NCBI RefSeq assembly: GCF_009914755.1 | Contig: NC_060925.1 | Strand: one strand, 5' to 3' | DNA from: the human T2T-CHM13v2.0 reference genome, Homo sapiens | Length of the DNA: 64,000 nt | Shown here: positions 28,344-40,855 of the stretch, one piece after another | Numbering within the stretch: the first letter of the stretch is position 1 | Layout: each line of letters starts with the position of its first letter | Notes under the pieces: model-generated | The model's input: the letters and a program-made list of their open reading frames with translations, nothing else | Databases searched by the model: none | What the model was told of the DNA's origin: nothing | Translations under genes and position numbers: made by a program

Positions 28344-28789
28344 TCACGTGTCACCAGCTCAGGGCTGGCTTTGCAAGGATTCCCCAGGAATAGAAACCAC
28401 CAGGAGAATAACTGTGGGCCAGAGAACGTTCCTGCTCATATTGAAAAATGAAGAGATGAGAAGATGGCAGACACAAGCTGGTATAAGAAGGCTTTTCTCC
28501 TCCTGCGAGTTTGTGTAAAGATGTGACCATCTCAAACAGCTAAGCCAGTGATATTTCTATGCAGATTTGTTTTGCTCAGGGAGAACATAGCAGTGCTTTC
28601 TAAAAAATGTATCTTATTTTATTTAGATCACTGTCTCACAAGGCCGAACAAATAAATTAATGACACATCTCTGTAGATTCATTTAAAGGAAACAGCAGAA
28701 ACACAAGGCAGTGGGGTCTGAGGTGGGTATAGGGAAGCAGAAAGAGGGGAGGGATTGGAGAAACATTTCGCAGTAAGTTATAGTATATT

Positions 28790-29110
28790 TTAGTTGGTTC
28801 TGTCCACATTTTTTGAAGACCTACTGTTTACAAGGCTCTGACCCAGGTGCCTGGGATACAAGAATGAGTAATACTTAGTAATACTGAGTCCCTTCTGGCT
28901 TGGAGATAACAATGTATTGGGGAGCAGTAAATAAATAGAGAATTAAAACAGAATTGCAAGTACTGTGATAAAGTACTATGGTAAAGGAATCTAGGAGAGC
29001 ACAGAGGAGGAGCATGTGTCAAAATCAAACTGGACTGCAGTGTCAGAGAGCGCATACTCTGGGAGATGGCATGAACTGAATTTTGAAGATACTAGCTCAA
29101 TGGAGACTGT
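28790..29110 (-). mobile_element. L2 3' fragment
   Basis: tttttgaagacctactgtttacaaggctctg...tgtgataaagtactatgg...tgaactgaattttgaagat. Confidence 0.6.
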
Positions 29111-31569
29111 AATGGGAAAGACATTCCAGTTATGGGAAGCACCACTTCTCATACAGCCCATCACCCACCATCACTGCCTGGAAGAGCTGAGAACACTAGA
29201 TACAATGCAAGAGAAGGCTGTTAAAACATTAGGTCTCAGATGAGCAATTGATTCAGTCCAGGGATATTGGCAGAGGCAGGGAGAAGAAGGCAGATCCAAG
29301 TGAGCAGGCAACATAAATAATCTTGAAGATCAGAGAGCAGGGCTTGGCAGGGTCTTTGGACCCAGGGAAAAGGCCACTTTCAATGCCGTGTATATATGGG
29401 CAACCCCTTCCAGGCAGGTATAAGTCACAATCAAATATTCAGAAACTTGTGAGTAACTTCCTGTCTTAATCTATCTGAAACTTCTGTGTGACCTCATTTA
29501 AATGTTGAAGTAGCTACAAGCTCAAAGTTATCAACTGCAACATTATTCAGAATTGCAAATATGAAGAGTGAAAGTAGAGAAAATGCTTGAGAAAATTGTG
29601 ATACAGCAACTGAATGAAGCAGCTCATGGAAAATGCTAATTCTGAAAACTGTAGCACATAACAAATACTTGTGAAAAAAATCAAGATCCAAACCTGCAGG
29701 AGAAAAAATATTCAGAAGAGAAAAAAATAAACTGCTAGTAATGATGTTGTTCTTTTCTCTATTGTCTACGTTTTATATAATATTCTTATATTTCTTTTAT
29801 AATGATTTTTTTAAAATATAAAGCAGCCTAAAGGTGAAATATGTGTCCTGATGAAGGCAGAGGCAAAAATTACCCTAAACAAATAATGGCCCTATTTATG
29901 TGTTTGTTTCTGCTACTGTAGATTCCATTTTCTTCCTAATTGTATTTCAGTTTGTGTGGTATATTCATTTTGCTTATTAAGCCTGTCCTCAGCCTTCCCT
30001 TTGCCCACACCCCTCCTCACTCCCTGGATCTGTGGGACGTATTGTGATGTCTGCCCGCTAATTTTGCTGTGACTGGGGCTGGTGTCTGGTTGGTGATTCA
30101 TGTTTGTTCCAAAGTTGTACATCTGTGTTGGTTGCTTTGAAGCAGTGCCCCAGGGAATATGAAAGGCCATTTGTCTCCCTAAGACTGCTTCTTTGCATCA
30201 GAGACTTCTTCCCTGGCTTCGTTTAAATTCCAGCAAGCTCTCCTGAGTTTAAGTAGGGTAAGAAGGAAAGAAAACAAAAGCAAACAGGGGCATCATGGAG
30301 AGATCATTGGAGTCAGGGTCTAACCCCAGTTTACCTGGCATAAGTGAACTTCTTGGATTCTAATACTAGGGACAGAATGCCTATGACACTCATTTTAAGG
30401 GTAATGCTTTGTGGACTTACCCTCTGCCCACTAGGAATGCCTTTAGCAAAAAAGAAGGCAGAATGAGCCTTGGTGGAAACCCTGAATGGAAAGAGTTCTA
30501 AGAGCTCGGTGGGCATACCCACTTGGCACCTGCTCTAAGATTTTAGCACAGATACACACAGCAGTGGTATTCATAATATTTAATGACTGGCACTGCATGA
30601 GCACTGATGAATTAATGGACACAGGCACAGTGCTTCCAGACACCAATCCTTTAGTTACTGGATCACCAAGAAGTCCAGCTGACCCTGGAGGGCCTGGGGC
30701 AGTGGATGGATGCTAACAGTTTTAAAAGTATGTTAGTGTTTTAATATCCAGAAAGGTTGCACAGATACATACCAGATGAATAACAACATAAATACATGAA
30801 ATTTCTAAACTCATGCCCACCATTAAGTTTTGTGTAATCCCCTCTTCACTTTTTAAGAACCTACCTACTTTGCCCTTAAAAATAGTTCAGAGCCCATGAC
30901 CTACTGTTTCTAGGGGTTTGGGTGGCACACAAAAAAGCCCTTATCCACAGAGGGGCTTTTTATTTTGCTCAACTACGATAGATCTCACCCAAGGGAAGTT
31001 TGCAAGTCGCTTTATTATATTTTTGCTTGCTGCAATGTATGTGGCTAACAACGTAGCTCTGCCTCCAGGCAGGCTGGCAAGCAGGCTGCTAGTATGAGTG
31101 ATTGTCCACCTGCCTGTCTGCCTGCAGTCTTTGAAAGGCAGCCCCATCCCAGACCATTAGCCTACTGAGAAAATTCATCTACAGTACCTTGAAAGACCAA
31201 ACATATTGGATTGTTATAGCTTTTCTTTGGCCTTTTACCCAGACATTATCATTTTCTGCTTCTTATCAGACACCTGGAGTTTGTGGGTTGTCTAAAAGCA
31301 GCTTCTGTGAATGGTCTCTGGGGAAGCCTTATAACCCTGCCTTCTGTCATTTCTTCTCCTCATGTTTCAAGGAAACCTACAGCTTCAGGGTAATTTGCTG
31401 CCTCCCCGTTTTCATTCAAGAGAGCAGCCAAGGTTGCTTATAGTCTAACTGGCTCTTTATGTACCAAATTACTTTTGGTTGAATTCAGAGACTAAAGAGG
31501 AATTTCACTCAGTTATCTATTGGGCCATTCTGGAGTTCTGTCATTAGGAAAGTCTGAGGTTGTAAAGAA

Positions 31570-31760
31570 ATTAGTTGCAAGACATGAGTCTTCCAATTCT
31601 GCTCTGCAAGTTACTAGCCTATGACTCTGAGAAAGGTATTTACATCTTGCTAAGCCTCATTTACCTCAAATGTAGAGTAGGATCATTTTATATACTTCAC
31701 AGGGTTGTTAGGAGTAAATGGAATAATGTATTGGGAAGCACTTTGTAAAGTGAAGAAATA
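31570..31760 (+). mobile_element. MIR SINE
   Basis: ttactagcctatgactctgagaaagg...cctcatttacctcaaatgta...gggttgttaggagtaaatg...aagcactttgtaaa. Confidence 0.65.
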
Positions 31761-32629
31761 TAAGCAAAATCCACCCAAAGTGAGCTGGTTGTAAGAACTA
31801 GTGAAAGGAAAGAACCAAGAATGTAGACATAAATCATGGCCGCTGAATTGGTATACAGGAAATTCACTGTTGTGGTCTAATTTGAAAAAAGGAGCATCCT
31901 CAGCCCCATATCTTTTGTTCACCATCTCTCTGCAAAGCTTTAGCTGGGGAGCAGTGAGAGTTCTGGAGAAATACTAGGGAAGAGGATTACTGTCAATTTG
32001 AGGCTAAGAGAGATTGTGTGTGCAGGAAAAAATGCATATGTAATGATAAAGGAGAATGTGAAAAGGGCACAGTGCCCAGGGAAATACCAGGAGCGTGGAT
32101 ACAGAAAACAAGAGACAAAATCTCTACTGCTCCCGTCTGTGTGTTCATTGATCAGAGCATGTTCAAATAATTCTGGGCTTGAGGGCACCTTTCTAGAGTG
32201 ACGAAGACCGATAGGAAACCTCATGACACTCCTCTGTGGGAGCCAGTGAATGCATCCTCCCCCAGAGACAAAGCTCTGCAGCCTTGGAGAGTAATTTGGT
32301 GTTAGCAGATTAATTAAGTCATTTTCTGTGGTTAAATTTGCAGATGAATATTAAATCTCAGGCTGGGCCTCCCATCTAATAACCCAGTGGAGGTTGTCAG
32401 GATAACACTTTGTTCCTGAAACATTTAGAAATACGTGTATTGTATATTTAATGAGACTGTGATATTTATTCATGACAGGAAGAAGTCTTCCAGACAGGAA
32501 GACTTTACTCATGTGATAGTTCAGGGTCTGACACCTAGAGCTGTGCTGAATGCCCCCTCTAAAGTTGCTTATTATCACCAAGTTGTTGTATGCCTGGCAC
32601 CAACGCCGAATTTGTCCAAGTTACTCATG

Positions 32630-32870
32630 TCACTGAAAGGCCATGGAGTTTGCTCCTGGGTTCAAATTCTGGCTCCATTATTTGCTAATGGTGGGCATGG
32701 GTAAATAACTGAACTTCAGTGCGACTCAGTTTCCTATACATAACATGAAAATAATAATGACTGCAACTCTAAGCTGTGTTGAGGATGAAAACTTTCCATA
32801 GTACATACAGTTTTATGTAAAATGCTTAGTGTATAGTACCTGCCACACGTTGGTTCTCAGTGTATACTAT
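32630..32870 (+). mobile_element. MIR SINE just upstream of the UCR1 exon acceptor
   Basis: cctgggttcaaattctggctcc...ctcagtttcct...gtaaaatgcttagtgtatagtacctgccac. Confidence 0.65.
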
Positions 32871-32923
32871 GTGTCCTCCTCCATGGTTATCATGTGACCA
32901 GAGTTTCCCACTTTCTCTTTAAG

Positions 32924-33118
32924 CTTTGATGTGGAAAATGGCCCTTCCCCAGGTCGGAGTCCACTGGATCCCCAGGCCAGCTCTTCCGCTGGGCTGGTAC
33001 TTCACGCCACCTTTCCTGGGCACAGCCAGCGCAGAGAGTCATTTCTCTACAGATCAGACAGCGACTATGACTTGTCACCAAAGGCGATGTCGAGAAACTC
33101 TTCTCTTCCAAGCGAGCA
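32924..33118 (+). CDS. PDE4B: PDE4B coding exon (195 nt, phase 2-2): first common long-form exon, N-terminal part of UCR1 with the PKA site RRES
   Basis: Acceptor ctttctctttaag|C and donor CA|gtaagt. Translates [65 protein letters not shown], recognised as PDE4B UCR1. Confidence 0.98.
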
Positions 33119-34469
33119 GTAAGTACAAGCTCTGTCTGGCTTCCAGTTTCACATTTACCTCATCTCTACCCAGGTCACAGTGGCAGCAACAACAATTCCC
33201 CATTAATCTATGGTAAGGATGAAGGAAGAAAATGAATATGAGCAGGGGTGACGTGATGACCATTTTAAGGACATTAATGCTCTATAGCATGCGGAATATG
33301 TAGCTGGGGTCTCCAAGGGTTTTGGAAAACCTAGACACAGTGTTTACTTTACATCTTTTACTGATACCTTAAAAAAATTATTTTGCTTCATTTCCTGAAC
33401 TGTTGAGTCATTTATGGCATGAGAACCTTAACACTTTTTATACATCACACTTGAAATTTCAGCTGTGTGTGCAGTTTTCATGAGGCTCCAGCAAAGAGGA
33501 AAAATGGTGATTGGTTATATGCATGCTGTCTCAGTAGCCTTTGCTTGGTGACTTTAATAAGATGTCATTCAGACACATGCCTGTGTCCCTTCTCTGAAAC
33601 TTTAACACAATGCCCACTTGTTGCCTGGCTCCTTGGTGAGACACAACACACTCCACCGCCCTGTAAAGCACTGCTGATATTTTTGTTTTGCCGCTATTAA
33701 TTGTAAATCTCTAAATTTTATTTAAAGAACAAGATCTAGGTTGTGTCACCCATTTATTAAATTTCCAAAACCAAATAAAATTGGATTCTGGAATTCATGC
33801 CTTAAAAGGTTTCTGGGCACAGATACAATTGTTTTTATATTATACGTCATAAAAGTATCAGTAGCTCCCTAAGGTCTCCAGTTTGGAAAATTCCACTCTG
33901 TTCTCTTCTGCTATTGGAAGGGAAGTCAAAAATTTCACCCTCTGGTGAAAGGGGGAATTTTGAAGCTACCAGCAAAAAAATATTCCTTGAGGCATTTCTG
34001 CCAGCACATTTTAATAGACGCACCCCTGCCCTAAAATATCTCAATCATTGTGTGGGCCCAAATTCATTTTTCAGTCATTTGGCAAAATTTACTGATTCTC
34101 TCCTTTGTGCCACACATTGTGTCAATCTCTGGTGATAAAAGACAAACAAAACAGTGTAAAAATCACAGATGAGTTAAAAGCATATCTCATTCTCAAAAAA
34201 TGTGCATGCTGTCAGGGAGGTTACAGCTAAATAAGAAAGATAAGAGGAACACACACATACAAACATAACAGAGTGAAAGGAAATAACATTTAATGAGCAC
34301 TTCCCATGGAGCCGAGCTCATGTTCTTATGTTATCTCTGTTAATCTGTCAGGTAGGTGTCTTTATTATCCCCACTCCATAGATGATGAAACTGGGACTCT
34401 GAGAGATTGAGAAACTTGCCCCTATCCCATGACTGTGTATCATGCTGTGTCCCATGATGTGGCTAAGCC

Positions 34470-34760
34470 TGACCATATTAAAAACTTTTGGAATCTTTCC
34501 ATCCATGTTCTTCAAATTGCAAAGTGGCATCTCTACCACTAGGTAGAAAACAAATGACTGCAGAGTAGAGGTGTCCAAGGCTGCAGGAGAGGTAGGTAGC
34601 CAGCAACTTTGCTGTAGATCTTGTAGAACCCAAGGCATTTCTGACAAAAGTTTGAATGGGGGTCTTTGAATGCAAAGATATTGGGAATTCTTTCCTTCAC
34701 CAAGATAAACACCTTTCTAGGCTTCATCATGGAAGACCGTAGGTCATGTGGTGAGCTCAA
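34470..34760 (-). mobile_element. Possible degenerate pogo/Tc2-type DDE transposase remnant
   Basis: Joining frames across frameshifts gives AFKD/IQTFVRNALGSTR/KVAGYLPLLQP/LDTSTLQSF, resembling DDE_1 DSFRAH...IPGGCTSLLQPLDV...PF. Confidence 0.3.
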
Positions 34761-36619
34761 AGTAATTAGAGCTTAATTCACATAGTATTTTACAGGTGCA
34801 AGATTAGCTTTGAAATCTTGTCATTCCCCAAAAACTAATTCCCTGGCTAAGAGCTCTCCAGACTCAAGCCAAACGGCAGGAAGAATCTCAAGGTCATTCA
34901 GAGTCGCCCCAGAAAACTCTACTGCACTTCCAGATTAAATCTTGTGTTTCATTATTTGGAATCAAAAGGTTGTAGAAATGTTAAATTTGAAGAGACCTTA
35001 AAGATCACAATCCAACTGAATCTACGGCAGTCAAAAAAGAGGTGTAGTTCTAAATGACACCGCATCCAGCATCCCTGTTACTGGTAGTTTACTGTCCTTT
35101 CAATTTTACTGGCCAGTAAAATTCCCCACCACCCGCCCCACCCCCTGCCCCCAGTAACTTTAGAACCTAAATTTTCCAACTTTAAATTTAGGCAAGTAAA
35201 AATTATATATGTAAATTATTTAATATCATTCTCACTTTTTAAAGATAAGGACTTAGATAAAAAGTAGTATGGGCACAATTTCATAATAAAAAGCAGCCTT
35301 TCCCAAGAAAACAAGGTTGGCAACATAATACCACCCTATCAAAAATACTGATAACAGGATATATTAAAATCTTTGTGTGAATGAAAATAGCACAAGATTT
35401 TGTTTTCCAAATATTTCAGTACCACAGAAAAAAACTTTTATATATTTGTCAGTTTTGGAATTATATTTCACAACACGCTGAGAAGTAGAGTTTGAATAAT
35501 ATTAAGCTTCTTCTAGTAATTTAGTTTTAAGTTGGCAAATCCAGTTTCACATAAATATCTGAATCTGAACTAAAGTAATGCTCTTAAAGCTATTTCATAT
35601 GATTATTAACTCTTTAAGATGAATCGAAACAGAGGAACAGCAGCTCCCCACACTTCCCGCCCCTTTTTTTGCCTTCTACCCATAGATCCAGGAAGCAAGA
35701 AGGGTGCTAATAGACCAAGAGTCTAGATGTGAAGGCCACTGGGTGGGGGCTGCCGGATGTTCCCTGCTCACAGACCTCATACCCAGCACAGAGCTGTCAT
35801 GAATTTTTTATGAATGGTGGAAAACTTTGCATAATTCTACTGCATTAAATCCTAGTAATAAAGGAAACACTAGCTTTTAAATTTTTCTCATCTGAATTTT
35901 TTCAGAAGAGTAACAGAAAATTATAGTCAGGGGAGAGTGAGTGAAAAGATATTAAGAGTAAAAATGTGAACAAGAAAAATTAAAAGTAGCTTTAACTTTG
36001 AGCAACAAAGGAGAGGATCAGAATAAGGCTTTATAGTGAAGTAAAGCAAGATCACCATTGGGTCCCAAAAGGCAATTTCAGATGCTTTCCTAGATGTGGC
36101 AATAGTTTGCTGGTTTCTGTTCAGTTCCTGTGTTGTAGTCATCCCAAACGTAATGCCTTCGTATACTGAGGTACAGATTGCCTCATGGGAACATAAAGTA
36201 CTGGAAACTAGTAAGGCCAGTTTTACTGCTGAAAACTGTGGCAGGAACCACCATGGACAGAATGGAGTTTTGATTATCCACCTGCAAAGCCACAGGAAAG
36301 GAAACTCCATGTTTTTTTTCATTTGGTCATCCCATTTTGCAAAGCCTTACACAGACAAGAAGCTTTTGAAAGCCACCATTTACGTGTGGACTAAGTAGTC
36401 TCTAGAGAGAGCCTACTCATTTTCAAGGGAAATGAGACCTAAGAACCAAGAGGAAAAGCAGAAATAATAATCCACTTAAATTTAAAACCTGTTTATTGAT
36501 GGACTAGCAAAAAGTGCAGTGTGGTTTCTAAGACTTGAGTTAGACTTACACCATCACACTTACTAGCACCATGGCTTTTAAGACATTGAATCTCTTTTAT
36601 TGTCTCTAAATTATCTGTA

Positions 36620-36830
36620 AGTAAAAGCACACATTTATTGAGTATTTTCTGTATGCTATCTGTTAAAATACTTTACATATGTTAATTCATTTAATCTCCA
36701 TATCCCCAATGTGGTAGGTACTATAACTTTCTTGTTTTAATGATGAGGATATTAGGGCACAGAGAAGTTAAGTGACTTCTCCAATAAATGGGAACAAGAC
36801 GAACCCAAGAAGTCTAGGAGGTAAACTATA
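36620..36830 (-). mobile_element. MIR SINE
   Basis: acatttattgagt...tcatttaatctcc...gatgaggatattagggcacagagaagttaagtgactt. Confidence 0.7.
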
Positions 36831-36939
36831 TGGATATCCAGTATGTAAACAGACTCTAAGTGAGGCTGAAAAATACAAAATAATGCTATTAATTTCTGTT
36901 CTGCCTACCTTTCCAGCTGTTAGGAGGATCATATTCATT

Positions 36940-37670
36940 CTCTCTTTTAATAAGTATGTAAATTTAGGAACTTTGTGAACAAATAAGACAGTTTCTGTGT
37001 CTTCAAGGGTACGGAAACATTAGAAGTCAATAGGCAATTTTAGCAGTTTCAGATAAGGGCAGGCATAGAGAGCTATGCACTGGTTTGAAAGGTCTGGCCA
37101 GGCAGGAAAGCAGCCTACTCTGAGGAGGTTACAGCTCAGCTAGAGGAGTCAGGCAGGCAGAGGAAGTGCAGGAGAGGCCAGGTGCTAACTAATCCTCCAG
37201 TTAGTGTGGGAGCATTTTGGAGAACCACAGCTCAGTGTGGTTGATCCAGAGGATATGAGAGGATGAGGAAGTGGTGAAAAACAAGACTGGAAAAGTGAGC
37301 AGGAACCTCATCATGAAGGGCCTATGTTAAGGAATTGGCCTTTATGTTGCAAGTGGAGAGTTACTAAGCAGATAAACATATAATGCAACATTTTAAAAAA
37401 ATAGCTCTGATTGCAGTATAGAAAATGGTTTAAAGGGTAGGGAAGCTTAAAGGCTAGTACTCAAACCTACAGAGCCAAACAGGAGGCTGCCATGATATTC
37501 ATGTAAAAGAGGATGGGGATTTATATTACAGATGATCTAGTGAGCAGTTAGTACATATTTGCAAGTCAGGATCAGCAGGAGTTAGTGTTTAATTGAAGGA
37601 TAAGGAAGAGGGAGGTTTCAGGCTTGGTCGAGAAGATAGGTGGTTGCACTATTTCCTGGGATCAGGAGCA
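36940..37670 (-). mobile_element. L2 fragment
   Basis: atcatgaagggcctatgttaaggaattgg...gtcaggatcagcaggagttagtg. Confidence 0.55.
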
Positions 37671-37823
37671 TTCTCTTACTACATGAAATAATGTACATGA
37701 AAGTGCTTTGTAAACTGTAAATATAACATAAATATGAGTCCTCTTGATTGCAATGGACAGACATGAATTAAGATTAAAGAAGCTCTCATCAGCTGGAAAT
37801 ACAGACATGCAACCCTTTAATTA

Positions 37824-38460
37824 TGGATGCCCTTCAACTTACAATGTCCCAAAAAGCCCATCCTAAGTTGAAAATGCATTTAACACACCTAACCTACCAA
37901 ACATTACAGCTTAACCTAACCTACCTTAAATGTGCTCAGAACACTTACATTAGTGTACAGTTGGGCAAATCATCCAAAGCAAAGCCTATTTTATAATAAA
38001 GTGTTCGATATCTCATGTAATTGAATACTGTACTGAAAGTGAAAAACAGGAAGGTTGTATGGGTACTCAAAGTATAGTTTCTGCTGAATGCATATGGCTT
38101 TTGCGCCATTGTGAACTCAAAAATTGTAAATTGGGCAGGGCGTGGTGGCCTGTAATCCCAGCACTTTGGGAGGCTAAGGTGGGTGGATCGCTTGAGTTTG
38201 AGACCAGCCTGGACAACGTGGCGAAGCCCTGTCTCTACAAAAAATACAAAAACTTAGCTAGGAGTAGTGGTGCGTGCTTGTGGTCCCAGCTCCTCAGGAG
38301 GCTGAGATAGCAGGATCACTTGAGCCAGAGAGGTGGAGGTTGCAATAAGCTAAGATTGTGCCACTGCACTCCAGTCTAGGTAATAGAGTGAGACTCTGTC
38401 TCCAAAAAATAAATAAATAAATAAAATAAGTAAAATAATCGTTAAGTTGAGGACCATCCA
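37824..38460. mobile_element. MER47A-like TcMar-Tigger MITE, interrupted by AluJ
   Basis: TIR-like ends tggatgcccttcaacttac / taagttgaggaccatcca flanked by TA; internal acctaacctacc...gtgctcagaacacttacattag...ttgggcaaatcatc. Confidence 0.8.
38133..38430 (+). mobile_element. AluJ
   Basis: ggatcgcttgag, gtctctacaaaaaatacaaaaa, aggatcacttgagcc; (AAAT)n tail. Confidence 0.93.
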
Positions 38461-38499
38461 TATAAAAATAAAGATACCTACTGGTATTGATAATAACTA

Positions 38500-38710
38500 T
38501 AACTCAATAACTAATCTGCTTTTATGTGCTAAGCACTGTTATCAAGAGTTGTACATATGTAATAATTAATTTAATTTTCACAGAACCCTGTTTGACAGGT
38601 AAAAATGTTGAGACATGGAGAGGTTACCTAATGTCGCATAGCTAGTAATAATGCAGCTGAGAAACAAACCAATTCACTTTGGCTCCAAAATCTGTGCTGT
38701 TAACCACTAT
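38500..38710 (-). mobile_element. MIR SINE
   Basis: atgtgctaagcactgtt...gagacatggagaggttacctaa...tggctccaaaatctgtgctgttaaccacta. Confidence 0.65.
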
Positions 38711-40454
38711 AGTATATATCTCTCCATATGACAGACAAAAATTAAGGAAATTACAAGTTAATTTCTGTGTGTAGTGAGAAAACAGAGAAAGGTGGAATGA
38801 ATTAATAAAATTCAGAGTGTGGCAGTGAAAGGCAGTATTTCTGCTTTCTAGAAAATCATTTTATTGTTTAGAGCAGACCTACATACACTCAATTCTATGA
38901 CTCAGTACTAAGACTGGAGTGCTCATTTCGTTATTCTACAAATTTGTAATGTGCTGGCTTTGTCACTAGATGTTGCTCTTGCAATGCAATGATTCTGAAT
39001 ATCTGGACTTGCTCCTGAGAGGCATTGCCTTCTCCAGGGGTTTGGGAAAGTAAGAAGTGTATCAGTTTTCATAATCAATCAAATGTTTTATAATTTCTAT
39101 GCCATTTGATTCTTAACTAGTGATTTATCAAATTATGATTTTTAAAAATTTATAATAGTTCCATAAATAATCTGGTTGCACTCTAAGAGAAGTTTTTTGT
39201 TTTGTTTTGTTTCTTTTCTGTTACTTTCTATAAATTATCTGATAGATTCTCTAATAGCAATTTTCTAACATACAGCATTAGCTTTGGCAGCTCAAATTGT
39301 TTAAGGGAACCAATGCTGGGCATCTGTAAAATCCATTTTTTGCTTCTGAATGTTCTGTTCTCCTAAACTTCAAAAGTTCCATAATGATAAAGTCATGTTG
39401 ACATTATGCCCTATTAATGTTTCTTTATCTCCCTTTAATCTTTGGATTGTACAGTTTTAATAACTCCTCCAACTCATTCAACAGTACATCAGCTCAAGGT
39501 ACCACCTATGCATGAGATTTACTTATATTAATTAGCTTTTATTAGATACTAGACTCTGGAAATCCGGGAGTCATAGAAGATGCACTTAAATCTAAATCCG
39601 TTATCTTGTCCCAAATTCATCCTGTTGTCTTATGAACAATGTGAACTTCACATCAGAAATCAGAACACTTCACTTGACTAGCCTAAAAAAAAAGAAAGAA
39701 AGAAGAAAAGCAAGAAAGCAAGAAAGAAGGAAAGAAAAGAATCAGAACAAACCACAAGATCTTCACCCATCTCAAAGTTCATCTTGGGAAAAAAGGTTGG
39801 AAAGGGTCAGTTTCTGATACAGTTCACCACACTCCATTTATCACAACTGCTCCTGTCTTGATTATTTTTTCTTTTTTGTATCTCTCCAAGAACCCTGAGG
39901 CTCTTCCTTTGGCTCCCTATTTATATGTACCCCCACCTCATGGGGCCACTTCCTGCCATGGCCTTAACTATCCCTACTTTTGTAGGAAACCCCTAAATCT
40001 ATAGCTCGAATTCCCATATCTCAGTCTTCCTGCTCGATGTCTCCACCCGGATACAAATCAGTACCTTTAAGTTCAACGTGTACCTTAAAAACTCAGTGAC
40101 TACCTTAAACTCCCCCAACAGGAGGGGAAACTCCTCATTTCCTTATTTCTACTCACGGCTTCACTGTTTTCTCAGATATCCATTTTTTAAATTGAAAATT
40201 ATATTTCTTTATGACCCCTTATCCAATTAAATGTCAAGTTCTGCAAAACCTCTGGGCTCTCTTCAAGTTGTCTCATTCTGTCCCTTTCTTGACATTACCT
40301 ATTGGTTCTCATCAGAATGGGTGCAATTTCTAACTATTCTTTCCAGGTCTGTCCCCACTCCAATCTATCCCTCCACATCCAAGGCATTTTACTTTCTAAA
40401 ACACTTTTCTGTTGGCCCATCTCACTTTCCATCTCACTAAAAACCTTCCCTGGC

Positions 40455-40559
40455 TCCTTTCTCTCTCCTCTCTCTTTTTCTTTTCTTTTCTCTTTTCTTT
40501 TCTTTTCTTTCATTCTTTTTTTCTTTTCTTTTTTTCTCTTTCTTTCTTTCTCTTTCTTT

Positions 40560-40565
<6 letters not shown>
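40455..40565. repeat. Polypyrimidine (TTTC/TC)n tract, expanded Alu tail
   Basis: ~110 nt almost purely C/T. Confidence 0.9.

Positions 40566-40855
<290 letters not shown>

Noticed and set aside
30001-30033. Frame reading LPTPLLTPWIC, reminiscent of the rodent PDE4B4 / PDE4D3-type first exon (…RRHSWIC) as I recall it
   Set aside because: No nearby in-frame ATG, no RRHS motif and no GT donor after the phase-2 TG. A short chance match is more likely than a relic exon; a rodent alignment would settle it.
30932-30961. Hairpin aaaaagccc...gggcttttt resembling a bacterial intrinsic terminator, with TTATCCACA (DnaA box) in the loop
   Set aside because: The context is a mammalian intron with no bacterial-like sequence; treated as coincidence.
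32883-32897. In-frame ATGs just upstream of the UCR1 acceptor (possible intron-derived N-terminus)
   Set aside because: Closed by an in-frame TGA at 32895-32897.
32926-33216. Overlapping alternative-frame and antisense ORFs over the UCR1 exon
   Set aside because: Shadow ORFs of a GC-richer coding exon; no independent support.
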